This document shows positions 39,201 through 47,532 of a stretch of DNA of 64,000 nucleotides, piece by piece. The stretch is from an uncultured Actinomycetes bacterium (lineage in GTDB: Bacteria > Actinomycetota > Thermoleophilia > UBA2241). Made by a program: the position numbers and the translations under genes. Position 1 is the first letter of the stretch; every line of letters begins with the position of its first letter. The DNA lies in the NCBI GenBank assembly GCA_963725665.1, contig CAVRZA010000001.1, positions 288,001 through 352,000 of the forward strand, read 5' to 3'. The notes under the pieces are model-generated. The model made no database searches and was not told where the DNA came from. It worked only from the letters and a program-made list of their open reading frames with translations.

Positions 39201-40562
39201 CTACGTTGCCACGGGCAGGGTGACGGTGACTGCGAGGCCGCCGGCCGCGCTGTCCTGCAGGAGCAGCGAGCCACCAGACGCCTCGGCGAGCGCGCGGGCG
39301 ATCGGCAGCCCCAGTCCGGTGCCGGGCGTGGAGTTGTCCAGCCGCCAGAAGCGGTCGAAGGCTTGCGCCTTCAGTTCGTCTGTGAGGCCGGGGCCTTCGT
39401 CGGCGATGACGATGCGGTGCTCTCTCTGGCCGGGGGATACGGTCACCGAGACACGCGTGTCGGCGGGCGAGACGGTTATCGCGTTGTCCACGAGGTTGTC
39501 GAGTATCTGCTCGACCCCGCTGTGGACGGCCCTCACGACGACCGGGTCGCCTGGGGAAGTCAGATCCAGTGCGATGCCCGCGCCGTCGGCGATGGCCGAC
39601 CACGTGTCGACTCTCTCGCGGGCGAGCTCCACAAGGTCGACTGGCTCTGGCGCCGCGGTCTGTTCGGCTCTCGCGAGCTTGAGCAGATCGGCCACGAGAA
39701 CGGAGAGCCTGTTCGTCTCATCGATGGCGGCGCTGAGGTCTTCCGCGCCGCCGCTGCCGTCGAGATCGCTCTGCAGGTTCTCGAGGCGAAGCCTCAGCGC
39801 CGTGAGTGGGGTGCGAAGCTGGTGCGAAGCGTCCGCGACGAAGGCCCGGTGTTCCTCCAGGAGCAGGTCGAGTCGCTGCGCCATCGTGTTCATGGTCGCT
39901 GCCAGCGCAGCGATCTCGGGTGGCGCGTCGGGGTCCGGCTCGGCGGCGGCCAGGTCGCCGGTGGCGAACCGGGCCGCCGAGCTGTGGAGCTTGCGCAGGG
40001 GCCGGTTGACGGAGCGAGCGATGGTCCACCCGATGCCGGCCATCACGGCGAGGACGACCGCCGTCACACCGGCCAGGCCGAGCCAGAAGCGATGGACGAG
40101 CGCGGTCACCGCGTGCGTGTCCATGGTCAGGCGCACGGCGCCGTGCACCTTCCCTCCGGAGGCTATGGGGACGGCCACGTAGAGAAGGTCGGTATTGAGG
40201 GTGTCGGACCGCCGCTTGCCGGTCGCGATCCGGCCGCCCAACGCGCTGCGGATCTCAGGGCGAGTGGAGAAGTCGCGGTGGGCGGCTCCGGAGGTGTCGA
40301 TCAGCGAGAGGCCGGCGTCGTCTACGATCACGACTCGCGCGCCGCTGCGGGCCGCGTATCTGCCGGCGGCGTTCGGGTCGATGGAGGCCTCCCGTTCGAG
40401 TGCGTCCTCGTAGAGACTCGCCAGGGTGGTTGCGTCGCGTTCCACATCCACCGTGAGGCGGCCCGTTTCGCGCTGCTGGTAGAAGATGGCCAGGGGAATC
40501 TCGAGGACGACGAGCACGATGGCCGCGATGGTCAGGTAGCTCAGCAGAAGGCGCTTGGTCAC
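39201..40562 (-). CDS. HAMP-domain sensor histidine kinase
   Basis: Two TM segments, HAMP, DASHQLRTPLT H-box, NLVDNA, DEGPG, FDRFWR, GTGLGL; GTG overlaps the regulator stop. Confidence 0.92.
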   Translation of the reverse strand: MTKRLLLSYLTIAAIVLVVLEIPLAIFYQQRETGRLTVDVERDATTLASLYEDALEREASIDPNAAGRYAARSGARVVIVDDAGLSLIDTSGAAHRDFSTRPEIRSALGGRIATGKRRSDTLNTDLLYVAVPIASGGKVHGAVRLTMDTHAVTALVHRFWLGLAGVTAVVLAVMAGIGWTIARSVNRPLRKLHSSAARFATGDLAAAEPDPDAPPEIAALAATMNTMAQRLDLLLEEHRAFVADASHQLRTPLTALRLRLENLQSDLDGSGGAEDLSAAIDETNRLSVLVADLLKLARAEQTAAPEPVDLVELARERVDTWSAIADGAGIALDLTSPGDPVVVRAVHSGVEQILDNLVDNAITVSPADTRVSVTVSPGQREHRIVIADEGPGLTDELKAQAFDRFWRLDNSTPGTGLGLPIARALAEASGGSLLLQDSAAGGLAVTVTLPVAT

Positions 40563-41233
40563 AGCGGTGCAGGGCCCTCGACTAGGCGGAACCCGACGCC
40601 GCGCACGGTCTCGATGGTCTCGGGGGCGAGCTTCTTGCGCAGCGAGGCCACGTGTACGTCGAGGGTCTTGGTGGAGCCCCACCAGTTCTCGTCCCACACC
40701 GCCTCGATGATCTGCTCTCGCGTGTGGACGGCGTCGGGGTCACGGGCGAGGTACACGACAAGGTCGTACTCCTTGGGCGTCAGCGCCACCGGCTGCCCAG
40801 CGAAGACGACGCTGCGCCTCCGCGTGTCGATCTGCAGGAGCCCGATTTCGATGCGAGGCGCGGGTTGTGCAGGGGGCTGTTCACCGCTGGTCCGGCGAAG
40901 AACGGCGCGGATGCGTGCGACGAGCTCGCGGAACCCGAAGGGCTTCACCACGTAGTCGTCGGCCCCGAGCTCGAGCAGGGTCACGCGATCGATCTCCTCG
41001 CTGCGGGCGGTCACCACGATGATGGGGACGCTCGAGCGCTCGCGAAGGTGTCTACAGACGACCCGTCCGTCGAGGTCGGGGAGGCCGAGGTCGAGCAGCA
41101 CCAGATCGCACTCGCGCGCGGCGAGCGCCCCGGCGCCGCTGACCGCCAGATCGACGTCGAACCCCTCGCGCTGCAGACCCTTGCGGAGCGGATCGGCGAT
41201 GGAGAGGTCATCTTCCACGAGCAGTAGACGCAC
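40559..41233 (-). CDS. OmpR-family response regulator
   Basis: LLVEDD, LLDLGLPD.DG, LGADDYVVKPF, LTPKEY, TLDVHV..LRKKL, TVRGVGFR. Confidence 0.95.
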   Translation of the reverse strand: MRLLLVEDDLSIADPLRKGLQREGFDVDLAVSGAGALAARECDLVLLDLGLPDLDGRVVCRHLRERSSVPIIVVTARSEEIDRVTLLELGADDYVVKPFGFRELVARIRAVLRRTSGEQPPAQPAPRIEIGLLQIDTRRRSVVFAGQPVALTPKEYDLVVYLARDPDAVHTREQIIEAVWDENWWGSTKTLDVHVASLRKKLAPETIETVRGVGFRLVEGPAPL

Positions 41234-41282
41234 CCGCCTATGTTCGCACGGAAATCGTCGCGAGACAGGGGACGGGCCGAAT

Positions 41283-41338
41283 CTTTACCGAACCTTAACC
41301 TTGTTCTGGGCCTCCCTTGGGTCGCCGCTCTGTAGGCT
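41283..41338 (+). promoter_or_regulatory. Candidate OmpR-type direct-repeat site (CTTTACC-N4-CTTAACC) and TAGGCT -10 element upstream of the ApbE operon
   Basis: Repeats at 41283-41289 and 41294-41300 (11-bp period) in the divergent intergenic region; TAGGCT at 41333-41338. Confidence 0.45.
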
Positions 41339-41383
41339 TCGCCCGAAGGAACCTCCGGGCCCGCTCGAGAGAGGAGTCCAAGC

Positions 41384-41953
41384 ATGGCACACCGCACCGC
41401 CCTGATCACCGCCGGCTCGATCGCCATCGTGGTCGCCGCCGCCGCCGTGGCCATCGGCGCGAACTTCGGCATCCTCAGCGTCGCGGATTCGCGGCCGGTC
41501 GGGAAGCTCTCGGCGTCGGCCGCAGTGCAGACGGGCGCCTCGCCGATGGCTTCTGTACCCACCGGTAGCCGGAAGGTCGCCGTGACGCAGAAGTACATCA
41601 TCAAGAAGGCGGGGACGGTGAGCGTCGCCGCCTCGAAGGGCGGTCTGCGGCTGGTCGATGTGGCCTCGAGATCGGGCTGGAAGTGGGCGCTGGCCCAGAC
41701 CACCGACAAAAGGCTCACCATCACGTTCCGGTCGCACGCGCGCACCTATAAGTTCGTGGCCGTTCTCGGTCGTCACCGCACCATCGTGGCTCGGGTCGAC
41801 GAGCCGGTCACCAAGGTGGTGCCGTCGCGCTCGACGGCTGTGGTCGCTTGGTCGGCGGCGCCGGCGACCGCCTCGGCGGCTCCGGCGGTCACGCACGGCG
41901 GCGAATCCGATCACGGCGACGACGGCGGAGGAGGTGCAGGAGCAGATGACTGA
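41384..41953 (+). CDS. Hypothetical secreted or membrane-anchored protein
   Basis: GAGGAG RBS, N-terminal hydrophobic helix, small beta-rich domain, acidic Gly-rich tail. Confidence 0.65.
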   Translation: MAHRTALITAGSIAIVVAAAAVAIGANFGILSVADSRPVGKLSASAAVQTGASPMASVPTGSRKVAVTQKYIIKKAGTVSVAASKGGLRLVDVASRSGWKWALAQTTDKRLTITFRSHARTYKFVAVLGRHRTIVARVDEPVTKVVPSRSTAVVAWSAAPATASAAPAVTHGGESDHGDDGGGGAGADD

Positions 41954-42455
41954 CGATGCACACGTGCTGAAGCTTGTGATTGACGAGACGCGTATGCGCG
42001 AGCCGATGACTGACGAGGCACTGCCGCCCGATGTGACGGGAGGCGGAGATCAACCGAGCGGCCCCGGCGGAGCAACGCCGGATCGTTCCGGCCGTCAGAA
42101 GCGGCCTCGACATCCGGCGCGCCGTTCCCGGATCGTCGCGGTGGGGATCGGCGTCGCCGCCATGGTGGGCCTGGTGAGCAACATGGAGGTATCCGGCAGC
42201 CGGGCCCAGGCGAAGGACCCCGCCGCATCGACCACCAAGTCGTCCACACGCGCCAAGCTCGGCCTCCCACGCTCTCGGTCTGGCAAAGCCGTCGCCGTCG
42301 CGTCGCGGCGCCCGATCGTCCTGACCCCTCACGCCGTGGTGCATACGGTGGCCGCCCCGGCGGCCGGCGGGTCGGGAGGATCCGGAGGATCGGGCTACGT
42401 CGCCGCCGCCGCTCCGGCGGCCGCTCCGGCGGCGAGTACCGGTGGCAGCCGCTGA
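41946..42455 (+). CDS. Hypothetical membrane-anchored protein ending in STGGSR (candidate flavinylation substrate)
   Basis: One TM segment, then an A/S/P/G-rich linker and C-terminal ASTGGSR; immediately before apbE. Confidence 0.6.
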   Translation: MTDDAHVLKLVIDETRMREPMTDEALPPDVTGGGDQPSGPGGATPDRSGRQKRPRHPARRSRIVAVGIGVAAMVGLVSNMEVSGSRAQAKDPAASTTKSSTRAKLGLPRSRSGKAVAVASRRPIVLTPHAVVHTVAAPAAGGSGGSGGSGYVAAAAPAAAPAASTGGSR

Positions 42456-42463
42456 GCAGACCG

Positions 42464-43393
42464 GTGAGGGTCACCGAGTTGAAGTTCCGAGTCATGGCCA
42501 GTGACGCGCACGTGATCCTGGTCGACCCGGTGCGGGGCGCCAAGGAGCGCGCCCGGCGTCGTCTCGAGGAGCTGGAACGGCGCTGGAGCCGGTTCCTGCC
42601 CACCAGTGACATCTCGCGATTGAACACCGCGCCGGAGGCGTTGATGCTCGTGTCGTCGGACACCCTCGCTCTGCTGGTCGCGATGAAAGAGGCCTGGCGT
42701 CTGACCAGCGGCCGCTATGACCCGACGACGCTATCTGCCGTCGTCTCGGCGGGCTATTCGGCGAGTATCGACGGCTCCGGCAGACGGAGCCCGACGGTAG
42801 GGACGCCCTCTCGGGCGTGCACGGTCTGTGATGTGGCGATCGACCCAACGACATCGGCCGTCGTCGTTCCCAACGGTGTCGGCCTCGACCCGGGCGGGAT
42901 CGGCAAGGGCCTCGCCGCCGACATGGTCGTGACCGAGCTTCTCGCCGGGGGCACCGGTGGCGCCCTCGTCTGTGTCGGCGGCGATCTCGCGGCGTCGGGC
43001 ACTGCGCCTTCGGCGACGGGCTGGCTTGTCAACGTGGAGCACCCGCTCGACCGCGCCTCGAGCCTCTCGACTCTCGCTCTGGGCGCCGGTGGGATCGCCA
43101 CCTCCAGCACACTGTCGCGGGCATGGCTGCAGAACGGACGCCGGCGTCACCACGTCATCAACCCCGGCACGCACACCTGCTCGAGGACTGATCTGGCCGC
43201 GGTGACCGTCATCGCGCGGGCCGGGTGGGAGGCAGATGCGCATGCCACTGCAGCGCTCCTGTGCGGCAGGCGGCGAGTCCTCGACTACCTCGCGAGCCGC
43301 GGACTCGCCGGCCTCGCTACAGGCCTCGATGGAGTCACGGTGATGAGCCCGGGGCTGGAGGATGCAGGCGTCATCGAAGGGAGCGTGGTGTGA
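42464..43393 (+). CDS. apbE: FAD:protein FMN transferase
   Basis: F.VM, E..WSRF.P.SDISRLN, T.G.YDPT, LDPGGIGKGLAAD, GGD, IATSS...R.W, HH.I.P.T, AD..ATA. Confidence 0.92.
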   Translation: MRVTELKFRVMASDAHVILVDPVRGAKERARRRLEELERRWSRFLPTSDISRLNTAPEALMLVSSDTLALLVAMKEAWRLTSGRYDPTTLSAVVSAGYSASIDGSGRRSPTVGTPSRACTVCDVAIDPTTSAVVVPNGVGLDPGGIGKGLAADMVVTELLAGGTGGALVCVGGDLAASGTAPSATGWLVNVEHPLDRASSLSTLALGAGGIATSSTLSRAWLQNGRRRHHVINPGTHTCSRTDLAAVTVIARAGWEADAHATAALLCGRRRVLDYLASRGLAGLATGLDGVTVMSPGLEDAGVIEGSVV

Positions 43394-43983
43394 ACCCTCA
43401 GATCTGGTGGTATCTGTCGCGGGCCTCAGGGATAGTGGCCTGGCTCATGTTGACGGCCTCGGTCCTGTGGGGGATCGTGCTGGCGACGGATCTGTTTCCG
43501 CGCCGCCGCCGACCGGCCTGGCTCCTCGACCTGCATCGCTGGTTGGCCGGCCTCACAATCTTCTTTCTCGCCGGTCACCTGGGCGCCCTCCTAGCGGACC
43601 GCCATGCCCATTTCGGCGTCCTGGACGTCGTGGTGCCGTTCTCCAGCACGTGGCGACCGACGGCGATCGCCGTCGGCATCATCGCCGCATGGCTGCTCAT
43701 CGCCATCGAAGGGACCGCTCTCGCCATGAAGCGGCTGTCGAAGAAGTGGTGGCGTGACGTCCATATCGTCAGCTACTGGGTCTTCTGGGGGACGTGCGTC
43801 CACGCCGCCCTCGCGGGCACCGACACGTCGAAGCCCATCTACACCGTGACGTCGCTGGTCGCGGTGGCGATGGTCGTCTTCGCGGCCTCCTATCGCGTCC
43901 TCTCGCGCGACTTGCCGAAGCGCAGGCCTCAGCGCGGGACGGAGCGGGCACGCGGACCGTCGACTGCGGGCGACAACGCGTAG
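43390..43983 (+). CDS. Ferric reductase-like transmembrane (MsrQ-like) heme b protein
   Basis: WY.SRASG.VA, LHRWL, H, W...H..SY, H...AGTD: four His positioned as heme ligands. Confidence 0.85.
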   Translation: MNPQIWWYLSRASGIVAWLMLTASVLWGIVLATDLFPRRRRPAWLLDLHRWLAGLTIFFLAGHLGALLADRHAHFGVLDVVVPFSSTWRPTAIAVGIIAAWLLIAIEGTALAMKRLSKKWWRDVHIVSYWVFWGTCVHAALAGTDTSKPIYTVTSLVAVAMVVFAASYRVLSRDLPKRRPQRGTERARGPSTAGDNA

Positions 43984-44176
43984 CCGTAGGATGTCTGTGC
44001 GCCCCGGGCGCACGATTCGTCGTCGCGGGCTCGACATACGCGCGCTCGCCCCGCCGCTCGGGGCGGATTGGACACGCGGGTCGCATTGGTGAAACGCTGC
44101 GCTCGACGTCACGGTCGACGAACGTTTCGCCCGAGGCGTTTCCGAGGTTAGCTGTCCGACCGAGGAGACCGCTGCG

Positions 44177-45436
44177 ATGAAGACCTGCGCGCACCATGCC
44201 GTTCGTCGCCGTGTCGTAGTGGGTGTCCTTGCGGCCGTCTTCATCTTCGCGTGCGCCGCCTTCGCTCTCGGCGCCTGCGGCAAGGGCTCCGGCGGCGGTG
44301 CGACCGCGACCGCCCCCGGGTCGACAGCCGCGGCGAGCCCCTCGAACCTTCCGAGCTCCGCGGGGCCGAGCAGCTCCGCGATCTCGCGGCTGGCAGGGGC
44401 GAAGCAGCTCGTTGTCGCCGTGGCTAGCGGCGCGAAAGGCAACGGCCTCAGCGCCATCAGCTCGACGGGTCAGGTCAAGCAGGTGCTCGCCCCGAGCGGC
44501 GGCCCGTTCCGCGACCTCGCGTGGTCGCCCGACGGCAGACGCCTCGCGTACCTGCAGGCACGAAGTGGCAACGACTACGCGGCGCGGCTCTTCTGCTACA
44601 ACGCGACGACCGGCAAGGCCTCACAGGTCTCTTTCCCGAACGAAGACAATGAAGTGGCAATCGACAGCTTCACCTGGGTTGCGCCTACCGAGCTGATCGC
44701 GTCCGTGATAGCCAGCGGGCCGACCTACCGCGCTAACGGGGCGCTGTGGCTATGCGACGTCGCGAAGGGGACGAAGGAGGTCGTGAAAGACGCCGGCGGC
44801 CACGTGGTGCGTGGCGCCGGCGTCTCATCGTCCGCCGACAGCATGATGATCGCCTACGTCTTCCACGGTGCCGCGTCGGGTGGCACAGTCCCGGAGAAGC
44901 TCAGGGTCCTCGATGCGGACAACCTCGTCGTCGCGACGGTGGCGAACGACTGGCACCCGGCGACTGAGGACGGCGACGCCTTCGCCTACCCGCTGATCTC
45001 TCCCGACGGGTCGGCGATCTACACCACGCAGACGGGGAGCGACCCCGGCTTCGGCTGCACAGTCTGGGACGTTGGCGGCTCCAAGGCGATGCGCGTGACG
45101 GGCCTCATCTGGCCGGCGCCCGGCTCGTGGTCGTCCGCTGGGCGTCTCGCGTTCGGAGGCGCGTACGGCCTGGGGAACGCCAAGATGTCCGACTCGATCC
45201 AGGTCTGGCAGCGCGGCGTGGCCAAGCCGACAGCCATCCTCGTGCCTCCCGCCAAGCTCCCCATCACCTCACTCGCGTGGTCGCCTCAGGCCAAGCAGAT
45301 CGCCTACTCGGTCTCGAAGTCGAGCGGCCTGAACGGCTCACTCTGGGTGGTCAACGCGGATGGGTCGAACAGGCACCTGCTGCTTGCAAGCGGCAGCTGG
45401 CCCGCGTGGGCCATGGCGCCGATTAGATTCCCGTAG
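44177..45436 (+). CDS. Secreted lipoprotein with TolB/PD40-type beta-propeller repeats
   Basis: Lipobox LGAC, S/P linker, repeated WSPDG, ISPDG and WSPQA units, LWVVNADGS. Confidence 0.75.
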   Translation: MKTCAHHAVRRRVVVGVLAAVFIFACAAFALGACGKGSGGGATATAPGSTAAASPSNLPSSAGPSSSAISRLAGAKQLVVAVASGAKGNGLSAISSTGQVKQVLAPSGGPFRDLAWSPDGRRLAYLQARSGNDYAARLFCYNATTGKASQVSFPNEDNEVAIDSFTWVAPTELIASVIASGPTYRANGALWLCDVAKGTKEVVKDAGGHVVRGAGVSSSADSMMIAYVFHGAASGGTVPEKLRVLDADNLVVATVANDWHPATEDGDAFAYPLISPDGSAIYTTQTGSDPGFGCTVWDVGGSKAMRVTGLIWPAPGSWSSAGRLAFGGAYGLGNAKMSDSIQVWQRGVAKPTAILVPPAKLPITSLAWSPQAKQIAYSVSKSSGLNGSLWVVNADGSNRHLLLASGSWPAWAMAPIRFP

Positions 45437-45502
45437 GGGATCACTAGCCGGCGTCATCCCAAGCCGCGGCGGAGGTCACCGCCGCCACCCGTTTCGCGGC
45501 GC

Positions 45503-46147
45503 CTACCTTAGCCGGATGGTCTCACTGAGCGTGCCGATGGGCTCCATGCTCGGCAGTGTGTAGCCGAAGGCCGAGTCCAGCGCCGCGCGCGCCGCAGCCG
45601 TGTAGAAGAGCAGCGCGCCCTGGATGCGCACGTAAAGGTGGCCGTTCCTCGAGAAGCGATGGTCGGTCATGCCCATCTCGTTCACATCGGCGAAGCGCAC
45701 CATGGGACCGCCGTTGATCGAGGCCGTCACACCCTGTGTCTTGATGTTGAAGGTCAGCTTCGTCACCGTGACCTGGGTCCAGGTGGCGGCCGGGGTGAGC
45801 TTCAGAAAGCGGATGCCGCCGGCGAAACGCACTGGTCCCCAGTAGGGCGACGTGGTGCGGAAGCTGCCGCCGGCGACCGGCGAGGTGAGCCGGACCGTGT
45901 TCGGTACCGGCTTCAGGGCAGTCGACCCGATGGGCAGCACCATGACGTTGTTGGTGAGCTGCTGGCTCGCCAGATCGCCCGCGTCCCACCTCAAGACGCC
46001 GGTGCCGTGGGGAGTGATTGCGGCAGGCAAAGCCGCCGTCGCGCTGCCCGCGGCCTCGAGCGCGACGATCAGGACGATCGCGCAGCCGAGTGCAAGGGCG
46101 ACGAGCGCGTGCGTGCGCATCGTGCTTTGTGAGAGTCTTGCCATCAT
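45503..46147 (-). CDS. Secreted hypothetical protein (possibly HtaA-like beta fold)
   Basis: AAGGAGG RBS, signal peptide, G.V...GG..F and T..A.AAL...F....IG pattern. Confidence 0.55.
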   Translation of the reverse strand: MMARLSQSTMRTHALVALALGCAIVLIVALEAAGSATAALPAAITPHGTGVLRWDAGDLASQQLTNNVMVLPIGSTALKPVPNTVRLTSPVAGGSFRTTSPYWGPVRFAGGIRFLKLTPAATWTQVTVTKLTFNIKTQGVTASINGGPMVRFADVNEMGMTDHRFSRNGHLYVRIQGALLFYTAAARAALDSAFGYTLPSMEPIGTLSETIRLR

Positions 46148-46273
46148 GGCGTCTTCCTCCTTCGGGGAAGTGGCGCGCAGAACGTGCTCTGGCTCCGACT
46201 TACGGCTCTATACCCGATTCCTGGTCACAAGGAGATGTGTCGGTATGTCTGTCGCTCGCCGGGCGGGGATGAT

Positions 46274-47467
46274 GTGCGAGTGACCAGGGCTCTCCCAGTC
46301 CTCCTTGCCGTCGCCGCGCTCTCCCTCGCCGCGTGTGCAGGCCCCGGCGGCGGTGGCGCCACCCAAAGCGCGCCGGCGAGCCGCTCGCCGACGCCGTCGG
46401 CGAGCTCCAGCGCCGGCGCCGGCCGGTCACCGTCGACGACACCCTCGCCAACCCCGCAGCTCTCACTGCACCAGCTCGCCGGCCAGCGCGTGATCTACAG
46501 CTACCGGGGGCTCAAGCCCCCTGCTGCCCTGCTGGCCAAGATCAGGGCCGGGGAGGCGACCGGCGTCATCTTCTTCGGGAGCAATATCGCCGGCCGCTCG
46601 CAGATCCGCGCAGTGATCACGGAGCTAGAACAGGCGGCCGCGCGGAGCCCGGTGAAGGTTCCGCTGCTGCTGATGACGGACCAGGAGGGGGGTCTCGTGC
46701 GCCGCCTGCCGGGCCCCCCGCTGCTCTCTGAGAAGCAGATCGGCGCCGCGGCCGACCCCGCCGCGGAGGCACGGCGGGCCGGCCGCGGCGCCGGGCTCAA
46801 CCTGCGGAGCGTCGGCATGAACGTGAACCTGGCGCCGGTGCTCGACGTCTACCGCGCGCCAGGCGACTTCATCGATCGGTTCGGGCGCTCCTACAGCACG
46901 GACCCGCGGGTGGTCGCGCAGCTCGGAGCGGAGTTCATCACCGCGCAGCAGAGCACCGGTGTGGCCGCCACGGCCAAGCACTTCCCGGGACTCGGAGCTG
47001 CCGCGCGGGCACAGAACACCGACAAGCTCGCGGTGACCCTGCGCGTGCCGCTGGCGACCCTGCGGGTCGGAGACGAGGTGCCCTACAAGCTCGTGATCCC
47101 CGCCGGGGTACGTCTGGTCATGGTCTCGTGGGCCACGTACCCGGCGCTCGACGCGCGCCGGCCGGCAGGGCTGTCGTCCGTGGTCGTCCTGGACGAGCTG
47201 CGCGGGCGGCTCGGGTTCACGGGCGTCACGATCACCGACGGCCTCGGAGCCGGTGCACTGCGTGCCTTCGGAGGCATTCCCGATCGCGCCGTGCTTGCCG
47301 CCCACGCGGGAGCGGATCTGATGCTCTGCTCCGGCCGCAGTGTGAGCCAGGGGACCAGCGCGGCAGACGCGCTCGAGGCCGCGCTGAGCAGCGGCCGACT
47401 CGACCGGCCCGCCTTCCTGGCGTCCGTCAAGAGGGTCATGTCCCTGCGATCAAGCTTGGCGAGGTAG
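46274..47467 (+). CDS. Glycoside hydrolase family 3 N-terminal domain lipoprotein (NagZ-like)
   Basis: Lipobox LAAC; DQEGG.V.R, NLAPVLDV, RSYS.DP, KHFPGLG, LR..LGF.GV.ITD.L, AGAD..L. Confidence 0.88.
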   Translation: MRVTRALPVLLAVAALSLAACAGPGGGGATQSAPASRSPTPSASSSAGAGRSPSTTPSPTPQLSLHQLAGQRVIYSYRGLKPPAALLAKIRAGEATGVIFFGSNIAGRSQIRAVITELEQAAARSPVKVPLLLMTDQEGGLVRRLPGPPLLSEKQIGAAADPAAEARRAGRGAGLNLRSVGMNVNLAPVLDVYRAPGDFIDRFGRSYSTDPRVVAQLGAEFITAQQSTGVAATAKHFPGLGAAARAQNTDKLAVTLRVPLATLRVGDEVPYKLVIPAGVRLVMVSWATYPALDARRPAGLSSVVVLDELRGRLGFTGVTITDGLGAGALRAFGGIPDRAVLAAHAGADLMLCSGRSVSQGTSAADALEAALSSGRLDRPAFLASVKRVMSLRSSLAR

Positions 47468-47532
47468 GCCGTCCAGACCAGGCCGCCGCGAGAGTCCACT
47501 CTGTAGAATGTGCGCGGACGAGGGGGTGCTGC

